The translations under genes were made by a program, and so were the position numbers. Below, piece by piece: positions 36,300 to 48,670 of a DNA stretch of 64,000 nucleotides. The stretch lies in assembly GCF_001194135.2 (NCBI RefSeq), contig NC_068998.1, forward strand, positions 43,085,442 through 43,149,441, given 5' to 3'. The DNA comes from Octopus bimaculoides (lineage: Eukaryota). Position 1 is the stretch's first letter, and the number at the start of each line of letters is the position of its first letter. The notes below the pieces were generated by a model. It did not search any database, was not told the origin of the DNA, and saw only the letters and a list, made by a program, of their open reading frames with translations.

Positions 36300-36624
36300 G
36301 TTACACCAATTTTGGAAGCAGCAACACACAGGCCAAAGAGAGAACTTCTGTGGAGTTACTCTGATTGCTAGAAACTGCAGCGAAGCTTCTCTCGAGTAAC
36401 ATTCTATTGTCATAAAGATGGACTCCTGTCTATACAGGTTAATATAGTTCTTAAATGTGCTCAATACAGCTCTGAAAAAGACAAGCCAGAATGCCTTTCT
36501 TCAGAGGTATACTCAACCAGAGCTGACCTGGGGCTGAAACAACAACAGCAACAAATTGATTGCTTCTACCACCACCACCACCACCACCACCACCACCACC
36601 ATCACCACCATCATTGCCATTGCT
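35725..36624. repeat. Compound trinucleotide microsatellites (GGT)n, (CAT)n, (ACT)n, (ACC)n
   Basis: Direct reading. Source of the poly-M/H/S/T/P ORFs. Confidence 0.95.
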
Positions 36625-38209
36625 NNNNNNNNNNNNNNNNNNNNNNNNNNNNNNNNNNNNNNNNNNNNNNNNNNNNNNNNNNNNNNNNNNNNNNNNNNNN
36701 NNNNNNNNNNNNNNNNNNNNNNNNNNNNNNNNNNNNNNNNNNNNNNNNNNNNNNNNNNNNNNNNNNNNNNNNNNNNNNNNNNNNNNNNNNNNNNNNNNNN
36801 NNNNNNNNNNNNNNNNNNNNNNNNNNNNNNNNNNNNNNNNNNNNNNNNNNNNNNNNNNNNNNNNNNNNNNNNNNNNNNNNNNNNNNNNNNNNNNNNNNNN
36901 NNNNNNNNNNNNNNNNNNNNNNNNNNNNNNNNNNNNNNNNNNNNNNNNNNNNNNNNNNNNNNNNNNNNNNNNNNNNNNNNNNNNNNNNNNNNNNNNNNNN
37001 NNNNNNNNNNNNNNNNNNNNNNNNNNNNNNNNNNNNNNNNNNNNNNNNNNNNNNNNNNNNNNNNNNNNNNNNNNNNNNNNNNNNNNNNNNNNNNNNNNNN
37101 NNNNNNNNNCACCGCTGCCAACACCACTTCTACCACAACCATTACCCACCCACCCATCCCCTATTACCATTAAAGTTAGACACCATTTTATCATTCCATC
37201 CACAAATGCACTCATTTTTCATTAACAATTTGCAAAAACAAAACACAAAAACACAAGCTTACCAAATTATTTTTGTAGCCATATAAAAATGATTTGTAAC
37301 TGAAGCATGACAAACTTATATCGCAATAATAATTCAATAATGAAAATGTATTCTGCAAACCTTTATTATGATCGCTCTTATCATCCTCAACAGAAAACAT
37401 CATCATTATTAATTTAATATTATTGTGATAAAAGAAATCCTTATTTTTGTTATTTTTGCTATTTTCACCACAGCTTTCATCGTCATTGTCGTTTGTTTTT
37501 CTTATGGAATTTTTTTAGTTTTTCTGTTTTTATTGCCACTTTCGAATATGTACTCTTTGAAAATAATTCGCAAGAATTATCTATAATTTTTCATGCACAT
37601 AGTTTTTGGATTGGTCGTAGAAAACTCTGTCATTTATTATGTATGGCAGATGTCAAAGGCTACCATTGGAATGTAAGATAGGGAGGGAGACACAAAGGTA
37701 GCAAGTTGTGTAGGGGGCTTATTAGTAGGTTCGTAGGTAGGGAGTTAAGTAGGGATATTGGTAGGTTGATAGGTAAGTAAGGGAGGTAGATTCTTTGGCA
37801 AATTTGCATTCGCTCGTGTTCGTGGTCGCAATTCAATTTCCGGCTGGAAACAACATCAATTAGTTTCCTTGCTAATTCACTTTGACTAATTTTGGTAAAA
37901 GTATCGATCTGATAATAACTTATCATTCTAGATACATCATATGCATATACATACACACAAATACACATACATTCTTTGTAATTCTAAGAATTCTAAAAAC
38001 TGCAGCTGGTTGTATCGATATGAAGCTGTCCAATCGGACAAAATTTTTTGACAGTTTATATCATACCTGACATAGTGTTATGTCTATGTGTACCAAAGAT
38101 GCACACGTAAGGTAATGCACATCTACTAGCATGTGAATCAAGTGATGCAAACATTTACGTGTGCTCACAATCAAACACGCAAACACATACTGCATGTTTA
38201 GACACATGC

Positions 38210-38582
38210 ACACACACCACATACACACACACCACATGTACACACACACACACCACATGCACATGCATACACACATACACACACACACCATATGCACACA
38301 CATACACACACCATATGCACACACATACACACACCATATGCACACACATACACACACCATATGCACACACTACATGCACACACACACTACATGCACACAC
38401 ATACCATGCACACATACACACTACACACACCACATGCACACACACATACCATGCACACACACACACCACATATACACCACATACACATACACACCACATG
38501 CACACACACACACACCATATACGCATACACCACATGCACACTCATACCACATGCACACACTACATGCACACACAAACACACG

Positions 38583-38615
<33 letters not shown>

Positions 38616-38735
38616 ACACACACATACAAACCACATGCACACACACACATATTTAAATATATACATATATTCTTACAAACACACACATACATATACATAC
38701 ATATATATGTGCGTGTTTGTGTGTGTGTATACACT
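38210..38735. repeat. Degenerate CA-rich tract with internal ~20-bp units (CACACCATATGCACACACATA)
   Basis: Direct reading. Source of the HT/CV-rich ORFs. Confidence 0.93.
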
Positions 38736-39360
38736 CACACAAACAAGCATGAACATTGATGCACTCATAATTACAAACAGCCATGCATGCATATATACTC
38801 CACTACAAATATGAAATTCTACGTTCACAAACATTCACAAGCAAGTACAAGCACTCTCACCAATTATGCACTTATTCTGATGCATTTGCACTCTTACACT
38901 CTTGCACGTCCTACCACCCCCTCACATACATTATTGCATGCCTGCACATTCGCATTTTCGCATGATAGAATGTCGAGGGAGAAAAGAGGTGGTGGATGAT
39001 GGTTGTTCTAAAGTGTCTGGAAGTTCCAAGAAGCAGACGCTAACACGGTAGAGAAAAGTGGTTGTGGGGTGGAATGCCAGGCAAAATATATTTATCATAT
39101 TTTCATTGCCCCAATTAATGTTTGTTCTTGCTTTCTAAACCATCACGGCACTCTAAATAACTCACAAAGACTGACCCGCTTGTTGAAAGATCAAGCCATT
39201 GCAATGCAAGAAAAACTTCGTCACCATCACCATCAACAACAACAACACTAATGATTTCTAGAAAGTGTATAATAATATCATTAAGCTGATATGGTTTCAG
39301 AATTTGTTTCTGATTTTTCTTAATGTTAGACTACTTTTCTATTTGTTTGTTTTGTCTTTT

Positions 39361-39399
<39 letters not shown>

Positions 39400-39845
39400 A
39401 TATTAACACGTGATCCTCTGCATTTATACTATTCCTGCTAGAAATAGCAGCCAAATCTTCTTCATAACGTAGATTGTTATCATAAAAATGGAACAACAAA
39501 ATGGATACTATTGTTCTGTTATGGGGATAATAGTAGTAATGGCACACCCTCCATGTAACGAGTGGTATGTCATAGTCATTATAAATACTGTCAGTCAGTG
39601 TAAGTAGAGAGTATGAAGCAGATGGTCATAAATAGTTGTGGTCTTACTTGCCAAACTAACTATGCTGCTATACCAGAGTGGGTTTTATAACAATCTGACA
39701 AAGGATTTCAACATGTTCAAAATATATCCTTTCAGAAACTAGGATGGCAAAAATATATTTGATCAAATCAGAGCTGCCAGAGTGAAACAACAAATCAAAA
39801 TATTCTGCTTTAAAATATTTACCACAAAAACTGGTATATGTATAT

Positions 39846-40157
39846 GGCACGTAAAAAGCACCATATGAGCATGGTCGATGCCAGTGCCACCTGACTGGCT
39901 TCCATGCTGGTGGCACGTAAAAAGAGCCTTTCGAGCATGGTCAATGCTTATGCTGTCTGACTGGGCCCCATGTTAGTGGCATGTAAAAAGCACCCACTAC
40001 ACTCTCGGAGTGGTTGGCATTAGGAAGGGCATCCAGCTGTAGAATCCTTGCCAGATCATATTGGAGCCAGGTGCAGCCTCCTGGCTTGCCAGTTCTCAGA
40101 CAAACTGTCCAATCCATGCCAGCATGGAAATCAGATGTTAAAGGATGATGATGATGG
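39846..40157 (+). mobile_element. RTE LINE 3' end (D) with two 66-bp UTR units
   Basis: GGCACGTAAAAA motif (GTAAAA at 39851, 39917, 39983), then the D tail and (GAT)n. Confidence 0.88.
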
Positions 40158-40158
40158 T

Positions 40159-40193
<35 letters not shown>

Positions 40194-40248
40194 ATAGACA
40201 GACAGGCAGACAGACAGACAGATAGATAGATAGATAGATAGATTGATA
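40158..40248. repeat. (GATA)n/(GACA)n tetranucleotide microsatellite
   Basis: Direct reading. Confidence 0.95.
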
Positions 40249-40279
40249 GATATTTTCTGATTCAATGAAGACAAGACAA

Positions 40280-40495
40280 TATATGTGTGTGTGTGTCTAT
40301 GTTTGTCCCCCCCCAACATCGCTTGACAACCGATATTGGTGTGTTTACGTCCCCGTAACTTAGCGGTTTGGCAAAAGAGACTGATAGAATAAGTACTAGG
40401 CTTACAAAGAATAGGTCCTGGGGTCGATTTGCTCGACTAAAAGCGGTACTCCAGCATGGCCGCAGTCAAATGACTGAAACAAGTAAAAGAGTACT
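40280..40495 (+). mobile_element. SINE family A, 3' half (well preserved)
   Basis: CCCCAACATCGCTTGACAACCG..CTGGGGTCGATTTGCTCGACT..CAGTCAAATGACTGAAACAAGTAAAAGAG. Confidence 0.9.
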
Positions 40496-41217
40496 TCTTG
40501 TGAACAATGGCATAGTTTGTAACGTATCTAACAGATCAATCAGTTTTTTAATGCATTTCTAATAGTAAGAATGGACCAGGGTTCCTTTCTCAGTATTCCT
40601 GGGTCCCAAATTTCTGGTGAAAAAAATATTGCAATCAAGAATTCTCAGGATTTTATTTTCTTTCCTAAGTCTTCTGGCCACGTTATTTAAAATCTAGATC
40701 ATCTTAAGTCATCTTAGAGTACTTGGTTGGTTCAACAACTGGGATTTTTTATGCCATTTGATGACAATTCACAATAGCATTTGTTCTAAAACTAGTAGTG
40801 CAAGTGAAATAAGGAAAAAGACAGACCTCTTCAAAAAAAAACAAAAGTCCACCGACAGAAAATAATCTTCATGGAAAAAGACAAACCAGAATTATGGGAA
40901 TACAGTACCCACATTAACTGGTATTGATGGATATTTTTTCTAGAAATGCGATAGTTGAAAGTGATTTTGTTAGGAAAGCTATTACAGACAAAGGTTTGGC
41001 TTTAACAAAGAACTCCTCTTATTTAACACAGATGATTCGACATTGATATGATTTTTAAAAAAAAATTATATGATTAGTAAAATAACAAAGAACTCTGAAA
41101 ATTTCTTTGGGTGAATATAGAAACATATTCTGAAAATATATTTTTAGATGAATATATATTATCTTTGCATAATCACAGTTATTTGAGTGTGTATGTGTAT
41201 ATATATATATATATATA

Positions 41218-41522
41218 TCATCATCATCATCTTCGTTTAACGTCCGCTTTCCATGCTAGCATGGGTTGGACGATTTGACTGAGTACTGGTGAAACCAGAT
41301 GGCTACACCAGGCTCCAATCTGATTTGGCAGAGTTTCTACAGCTGGATGCCCTTCCTAACGCCAACCACTCAGAGAGTGTAGTGGGTGCTTTTACATGTC
41401 ACCCGCACGAAGGCCAGTCAGGCGGTACTGGCAACGGCCACCTCAAAATGGTGCAATTTATGTGCCACCCGCACAAGAGCCAGTCCAGGGGCACTGACAA
41501 CGATCTCGCTCAAAAATCCCAT
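41218..41522 (-). mobile_element. RTE LINE 3' end (D), best-preserved copy, running into a gap
   Basis: CpGs are retained. Perfect palindrome CCATGCTAGCATGG at 41251-41264, (GAT)n tail, and UTR repeat units before the gap. Confidence 0.9.
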
Positions 41523-42569
41523 NNNNNNNNNNNNNNNNNNNNNNNNNNNNNNNNNNNNNNNNNNNNNNNNNNNNNNNNNNNNNNNNNNNNNNNNNNNNNN
41601 NNNNNNNNNNNNNNNNNNNNNNNNNNNNNNNNNNNNNNNNNNNNNNNNNNNNNNNNNNNNNNNNNNNNNNNNNNNNNNNNNNNNNNNNNNNNNNNNNNNN
41701 NNNNNNNNNNNNNNNNNNNNNNNNNNNNNNNNNNNNNNNNNNNNNNNNNNNNNNNNNNNNNNNNNNNNNNNNNNNNNNNNNNNNNNNNNNNNNNNNNNNN
41801 NNNNNNNNNNNNNNNNNNNNNNNNNNNNNNNNNNNNNNNNNNNNNNNNNNNNNNNNNNNNNNNNNNNNNNNNNNNNNNNNNNNNNNNNNNNNNNNNNNNN
41901 NNNNNNNNNNNNNNNNNNNNNNNNNNNNNNNNNNNNNNNNNNNNNNNNNNNNNNNNNNNNNNNNNNNNNNNNNNNNNNNNNNNNNNNNNNNNNNNNNNNN
42001 NNNNNNNNNNNNNNNNNNNNNNNNNNNNNNNNNNNNNNNNNNNNNNNNNNNNNNNNNNNNNNNNNNNNNNNNNNNNNNNNNNNNNNNNNNNNNNNNNNNN
42101 NNNNNNNNNNNNNNNNNNNNNNNNNNNNNNNNNATACACAGACACACATAGACACACATATAGAATTTACAATTTAAAGGAATCGAGGGGAATAATTACA
42201 AGGTAGCTAAATGTTGCTTAAGTGCCCCTGGAATTAGATCCAGGATAGTAAGTTGTATTTAGTAGAAAATAGGAAAAATGAACAAGGAGACAACCTCTCA
42301 GGATGTTATTAAATATCCCGAGAGTGCGTCTCCTTGTTCATTTTTCCAATATATATATATATAGGTTCAAAAAAGGAAAAAGACCAAAAAAAACAACAAC
42401 AAAGTCAGGATGTGATACAGATTGTGTTACTGGACGCTCGGGAAAGGAAAGAAATACACACACACACACACTCTTCTTGTAAATTCAGAAATTTAGAAAT
42501 GGTTAGAATTTATGGAGATTTATCTGTTAAAATCATTATTGAACTTCTAGAAATAAAGCTTCCTGGATC

Positions 42570-42870
42570 ATAATCATAATTTAACATGTGTTTTCTGTGC
42601 TGGCATGGGTTAGAGAATTTGAGTTGAACTGGTAAGCTGGAGAGTTGTACCAGGCTCCACACTTCTCTGGCCTGGTTTCTATGTTTGGATGCCCTTCTTA
42701 ATGCCAACCACTCCAAGAATGTAGTGGTATCGTATACATGTCATCAGCAGCATTGGAGCCTTTTATGTGTCACCAGCACTGGCCACAACTATGGTTCCAC
42801 TTAGCTTGACATGTCTTCTCCGGCACAGCAAATTGCCAAAGGCCTCTCAATCACTCGTCAATCACTCGTC
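42570..42870 (-). mobile_element. RTE LINE 3' end (D), diverged
   Basis: Reverse complement: CCTTTGGCAATTTGCTGTG..GAGAAGACATGTCAAGCTAAG..GTTGGCATTAAGAAGGGCATCC..CATGCCAGCAC. Confidence 0.78.
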
Positions 42871-42919
42871 AATCACTCAGCATCCAGAGATACTAATTTA
42901 ACCTTGATTTTGAAAAAAT

Positions 42920-43510
42920 CCAGATGCAGTTGTAAATGATGGAGTAAGTGTCGTTGTTAAATTCTCTGTAAGCATTGTGTTAAGCACATGGACTTCATGC
43001 GATGAAGCTAATTTAATGAATGATAACAGATGTGAAGGTCCGATGTGTGAATGACGATCAAAACGTAGATTCTGTAATTCAAATATGGCTAATAATTATA
43101 TTGATTAGCAGTAAAACTGATCTTAATGAAATGGCTGCTATTACCAAAGACAGTGTCACTAAAGAAAATTCAAACATTAGCAATGTCATAAAAAAAGTGA
43201 GACCAGTTGTTGCTTCGTTTATTAGGTCTCCAACAAAAATTGAAATACTTCGGTAATATCTTAAGCAGAAGCATGGTCCTGAATTGTAATTAATCGATGA
43301 TGCTAAAATAAATGGAATAGACAATTCTTGTTATTTAAAGCTGTATTACAAAAGTTATATGATCGATATAAAACATCCTCTTAACTTTTCAGACAATGAA
43401 TTCAATGGCATTCATGCTGTCGCATCAGTAATGAAGCCAATTAAAACTGGAGCCAGGAAATTGGGTCAGATGGATGTTACCCTGGTCTCCACTGAAGACA
43501 TGTTTGTGTT
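42920..43510 (+). mobile_element. hAT-superfamily transposase remnant
   Basis: AVVNDGVSVVVKF..; KKVRPVVASFIRSPTKIEILR*YLKQKHGPEL*LIDDAK[fs]KWN; IDIKHPLNFSDNEFNGIHAVASVMKPIKTGARKLGQMDVTL. These match the hAT DGASV..K, KVR.IV.FF.RSP, LILD.KTRWNS and EW..I..L...L.P...L motifs. Confidence 0.75.
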
Positions 43511-43728
43511 TTTTTTTTCTTTCTGGAAAATTGAATTGGTAAAGTACATCAATGATGTCTGTCTTGTAGAAAGACTAGATCAAGAATAGAATAAAAAAAT
43601 TAAAAAATTAAAATATGATTGGATTGATGACAGATTTAAATAATCTTTTTTTTTATTATTATTATTTTATTATTTTTAGATCCTCTTCAATCATTTCTTA
43701 CTTTGCCATCAGAAATATTTGTAAAATA

Positions 43729-44045
43729 GGTGCAGTCATGGCTGAGTAGTAAGAAGTTTGATTCCCAGATCAGGCTGGGTGTTGTGTTCTTGAGCAAGAC
43801 ACTTTATTTCACATTGCTCTCGTTCACTCAGCTGTAGAAATGAATTGCAATGTCACTGGTGCCAAGCTGTATCGGCCCCTTTGCCTTTCCCTTGGATAAC
43901 ATTGATGGCATGGGGAGAGGAGTCTGGTATGCATGGGTGACTGCTGGTCTTCCGTAAACAACCTTGCTTGGACTTTTGCATAAGAGGGGAACTTTCTAGG
44001 TGCAATCCCCTGGTCAATCATGACTGAAACGGGGCTTTACCCTTT
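43729..44045 (+). mobile_element. SINE family B body with an A-type 5' end
   Basis: The first ~33 nt resemble the A head (AGGTGCAG..TGGCTGAGTAGTAAGAAGTTTG). The rest matches B (GTTCTTGAGCAAGACACTTTATTTC..GGTGCAATCCC..GGTCA..CATGAC). Confidence 0.78.
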
Positions 44046-44113
44046 AGCCCTGATCCAGCAGATCAGTGATCAAAGCTGTCTACTAAGTCTTTTATTCTGA
44101 CATAATATATTGA

Positions 44114-44333
44114 TTTCAAATTTTGGCACAAGGCCAGCAATTTCGGTGGGAGAGGGTGTGGGAAGAGTTAAGTTGAGTACATCAACTCACATGCTCATCT
44201 GGCACTTATTTTATTGACCCTGAAAAGATGAAAGGTGAAGTCAACCTTGGCAGAATTTGAACTCAGACTGCCAAGATGGATAAAATGCTGCTGAACATTT
44301 TGTCCAGTGTGGTAATGATTCTGCCAGCTCACC
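44114..44333 (-). mobile_element. SINE family E
   Basis: Full reverse-complement match, from CTGCCAGCTCACC at the head to TTTCAAATTTTGGCACAAGG at the tail. Confidence 0.83.
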
Positions 44334-44399
44334 GGCTATCTGCATATCTAATGCGGATCAAGCTTATCTAATGTGGATCAACATCTTTTTTAAGATAGT

Positions 44400-44805
44400 A
44401 TACTCTTTTACTCTTTTACTTGTTTCAGTCACTTGACTGTGGCCATGCTGGAGCACCGCCTTTAGTCGAGCAAATCGACCCCAGGACTTATTCTTTGTAA
44501 GCCTAGTACTTATTCTATCGGTCTCTTTTGCCGAACCGCTAAGTTACGGGGGACGTAAACACACCAGCATCGGTTGTCAAGCGATGTTGGGGGAGACAGA
44601 CACACGCACACACGCACACACGCACACACACACACATATATATGACGGGCTTCTTTCAGTTTCCGTCTACCATATCCATTCACAAGGCTTTGGTCGGCCA
44701 GAGGCTATAGTAAAAGACACTTGCCCAAGGTGTGATGCAGTGGGACTGAACCCAGAACCATGTGGTTGGTAAGCAAGCTACTTACCACACAGCCACACCT
44801 GCGCA
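44400..44805 (-). mobile_element. SINE family A, full length, young
   Basis: Near-consensus with CpGs retained and a (GTAAAAGA)n tail. Confidence 0.93.
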
Positions 44806-45377
44806 TATGTTGTGATTTTGGTAAGATTTGGCTGCTATTTCTACCAACTTGGTCGACCAAATAGAAGCTTGCATATCAACTCAGTTCCAGCAAGATTGGC
44901 GCAGTTGATGCTTAATATGTCTGCGTGCGTAACTTTATATTTTAGATAAAGTAAAACAGTCAAATATAAACGGTAATTCTTCTTGAGAGAGAACAAAAGT
45001 CTAAGTGCCAAAGTTTGCCTGAAAACCGAACTCCTTGCCAATTTAATTTCTTTTATTAATCTACTCTTTGCATGTTTTATTTTGTTTAGTAATTTAAACT
45101 ATATACTAGTATCCAATGTTTAATACAAAATTGCAGCTAACTGTTGAGATAGATATGTTTGTTTTGTATATGTGTACAAAGTTATTTATTCTACTCACAC
45201 ACACACACATGCACGCACACAGTCATATTTGTGAATTGTTATCTGCTTGACCAATGATGTTTGAGGAATTGGGGGTATCCCTTAACAGGCTATTGCTAGT
45301 CTTATTGTGTTGGGATAGGAACATTACATACAAGTGCATACACATACATATTTATATATATATATAAATATGCAGGA

Positions 45378-45435
<58 letters not shown>

Positions 45436-46079
45436 NNNNNNNNNNNNNNNNNNNNNNNNNNNNNNNNNNNNNNNNNNNNNNNNNNNNNNNNNNNNNNNNN
45501 NNNNNNNNNNNNNNNNNNNNNNNNNNNNNNNNNNNNNNNNNNNNNNNNNNNNNNNNNNNNNNNNNNNNNNNNNNNNNNNNNNNNNNNNNNNNNNNNNNNN
45601 NNNNNNNNNNNNNNNNNNNNNNNNNNNNNNNNNNNNNNNNNNNNNNNNNNNNNNNNNNNNNNNNNNNNNNNNNNNNNNNNNNNNNNNNNNNNNNNNNNNN
45701 NNNNNNNNNNNNNNNNNNNNNNNNNNNNNNNNNNNNNNNNNNNNNNNNNNNNNNNNNNNNNNNNNNNNNNNNNNNNNNNNNNNNNNNNNNNNNNNNNNNN
45801 NNNNNNNNNNNNNNNNNNNNNNNNNNNNNNNNNNNNNNNNNNNNNNNNNNNNNNNNNNNNNNNNNNNNNNNNNNNNNNNNNNNNNNNNNNNNNNNNNNNN
45901 NNNNNNNNNNNNNNNNNNNNNNNNNNNNCCTACACACACACACACACACACACAAACAATATTTTGGGTCGGGCTACGGTAATACTTCAAATTTATTTAA
46001 AGGATACAATCTGAGCTACAATAAGAATTGTAACAGAAAAAGTTCATCCTTAAAGAAAGAAACAAAAAGTTCAGATACA

Positions 46080-46112
<33 letters not shown>

Positions 46113-46469
46113 GCGCATTCACATACGACAAGAATATCGAAGTTAATGAAATCATTGAATCTATTGCATCTAAAGTACAAACCCCATGGCCAACCATTCT
46201 ACCATTCACACATAGACAACTAATCAAGAATTTATATCTTATCAGCTTTTCTATAGTGCAGGTGTATAATCCTTGTTCTTAAGATGTTCTTTAGAAGACG
46301 CCAACTGAGTGATGAGAGAAAAGATTGCTTTAATAACATAGGAAATATCAATAGCATGTATTATTTTTCTATTTTCAGTTTTTTTATTTTTGCATTTTAT
46401 TCTAAATCTCACACACGCAATCATACACATACTTAATAGAAATTTATATAAATCTACAGATCTGCTATG

Positions 46470-46600
46470 CTGATGATCATCGTCATAACGATGATGATGA
46501 TGATCGTCATGATGATGATGATCGTCATGATGATGATGATCGTCATGATGATGATGATGATGGTCGGTCATGATGGTCATGATGATGATGATGATGGCGC
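46470..46600. repeat. (GAT)n tract with an 18-bp GATGATGATGATCGTCAT higher-order unit
   Basis: Three consecutive units read directly at about 46490-46545. Confidence 0.9.
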
Positions 46601-46856
46601 ATTAACCATGCAATGAAAGTTATTGCTGCAAGAATCTTATAAAATTCTAATGATTCAACTTATCACTTCAAAAGTAGATCATATTTCCACAAAACATGAA
46701 AAGTAGATGGAAAAGAAAACTGTTACCTTTGATCTAAACTTCTAATGACACACCTACACGCTCATGTTTGCATATACATTTGATTGTATATACTTCTTGT
46801 TAGGCCATTGCATAAATAATTGCTTGTGGTAATATTGCAACAGGATAGGATAACAT

Positions 46857-47066
46857 AGCGATCTGGCAGAATTTTTAGAAAGCCAGGCAAAATGCTTAGA
46901 AGCATTTTGTCTGTTTTTATGTTTAGAGTTCAATTTCTGCTGAGGTCACCTTTGTGTTTAATTCCTTTAGGGTTGATAAAATAAGTGCTAGTTAAGCACT
47001 TGAGTCAATGTAATTGACTTGGCCCACTCTCCGAAATTGCTGGCCTTGTGCCAAAATTTGAAATCA
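46857..47066 (+). mobile_element. SINE family E
   Basis: TGGCAGAAT..GAGTTCAA..GATAAAATAAGT..GGCCTTGTGCCAAAATTTGAAA. Confidence 0.82.
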
Positions 47067-47104
47067 GTTTTGAAACAGGACATATGCTTGAGAATACCTG
47101 TTGA

Positions 47105-47674
47105 GTCAAGTAAAACTAGTATCGTAGCAGGGGGCCAGTGCACTGGCTGGCTCCCATGCCAGTGGCATGTAAAAGGCACCATCTGAACGTGTTCAATGTC
47201 AGGTCCACCTTACTGGCTCCCATGCTGGTGACATGTAAAAAGCACCAACCGAACATGGCCGATGCCAGTACCTCCAGACTGACTCCTGTGCCAGTGGCAC
47301 TTAAAAAGCACCATCTGATCATGGTCAATGTCAGTTCTACCTGACTGGCTCCTGTGCTGGTAACATGTAAAAAGCACCAACCGAACATGGCCGATGCCAG
47401 TACCCTCAGACTGGCTCCTGTGCCAGTGGCACATGAAAAGCACCATTTGAATGTGGCCGATGCCAGTGCTGCCTGACTGACTGGCTCCTGTGCTGGTGGC
47501 ATGTAAAAAGCACCCACTACACTTTCGGAGTGGTTGGTGTTAGGAAGGGCATTCAGCTGTAGAAACATTGCCAGATCAGATTAGAGCCTGGTGCAGCTGC
47601 TGGCTCTCCAGACCTCAGTCAAACCGTCCAACCCCATGCCAGCACGTAAAATGGACGTTAAACAATGATGATGA
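47105..47674 (+). mobile_element. RTE LINE 3' end (D) with expanded 66-bp UTR array
   Basis: TAAAA(A)GCACC motif at about 47169, 47235, 47301, 47367, 47433 and 47503, then the D tail and (GAT)n. Confidence 0.9.
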
Positions 47675-47690
47675 GAGAACTGGACAAGCC

Positions 47691-47887
47691 AGTGAGCTGG
47701 TACAGTTGTTAGTGCTTAGTGGCATTTCATCTGTCTTTATGTTCTGAGTTCAAATATCACCAAGATCGACTTAGCCTTTCATCCCTTTGTGGGTCAATAA
47801 AATATGTACCAGTTAAATACGGGGGTTGATGTAAGTGACTTACCCCCTCCCTTGAAACTGCCTGCCTTGTGACAAAATTTGAAACCA
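47691..47887 (+). mobile_element. SINE family E
   Basis: GTGAGCTGG..CTGAGTTCAAAT..GACTTAGCCTTTCATCC..AAAATTTGAAACC. Confidence 0.82.
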
Positions 47888-48159
47888 ATACTGAAACAGG
47901 ACTTTTGCTGAATTTGGGTAGTAACGAAGAATACTTGAGCAGGTCACACGGTAAAACAGAGATGGCTAAAATTTTAATGGCTTGATACATTGTTTAACCT
48001 CAAAGCAGCATAGCTCAAGCATAGGAGGTGGTAATGTAAGTTTCCCAGAATAGTTATGCTTAATAAGCATAACTTATTTACCTAAGTATTAATATTATTG
48101 TCTCCTTTGAAATAGTCACCTTACACAGTAATACACTGGTTCCAGCATTGATCATCAAT

Positions 48160-48352
48160 AAGGTGGCAAACTCAGAGAATGTTTAGTGGCATTTTGTCCA
48201 TCTTAACAATTTGAGTTCAAATTCTGCCAAGGTCGTTTTTACCTTTCATCCTTTCAGGGTCGATAAAATAAGTACCAGTTGCATACTGTGGTTGATGTAA
48301 TCGACTTAACCCCTCCCTTGAACTTGCAGGCCTTGTATCAAAATTTGAAACT
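48160..48352 (+). mobile_element. SINE family E
   Basis: GAGTTCAAATTCTGCC..CCTTTCATCCTTTCAGGGTCGATAAAATAAGTACCAG..GATGTAATCGAC..AAAATTTGAAAC. Confidence 0.85.
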
Positions 48353-48458
48353 AATAATGATCACCAACACATGTCTTATATAGTAATAAAAATTATATTA
48401 TATTTAAATGCAGACAGCATATGTAGACATAATAGTTAGTAGTACAAAATATATTTAA

Positions 48459-48670
48459 CCCTTTAACATTTAAGCTGGCTATAACTGACCCAAACATGTT
48501 GTCTGTACAAACTGGCCAGATCCAGCCTCTCACATCTACTCTACAATGTTATTCTAATAATGCACAACCACATCACTGAAAAATCAATGCTACAAGATAA
48601 TGCATGAATTATTCAAAACAATGGGAATAAACGAATATTGCATTTGACAGAGTCATCTGAAAGTTAAAGG
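48459..48670. mobile_element. TTAA-flanked piggyBac-like MITE, family G
   Basis: TTAA|CCCTTTAACATT start and degenerate AAGTTAAAGG end. Body is the reverse complement of 30368-30584. Confidence 0.75.

Noticed and set aside
36171-36371. Poly-Thr ORF ending HRPKRELLW (furin-like site)
   Set aside because: Mostly (ACT)n microsatellite with no credible start or splice donor, and a stop follows quickly.
4566-46014. Long ORFs in the track made of X, YI, CV or HT runs
   Set aside because: They are translations of N gaps and dinucleotide microsatellites.
47169-47520. Regularly spaced ~20-bp motif with ~46-bp intervals (CRISPR-like look)
   Set aside because: The intervals are homologous to each other (a tandem array), the context is eukaryotic, and there are no cas genes.
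47116-47568. 150-aa repetitive ORF (GWCFL..TGTGAS repeats) and similar ORFs in SINEs
   Set aside because: It is the antisense translation of the 66-bp RTE UTR array. The similar ORFs at 2993, 14934 and 51393 are SINE C.
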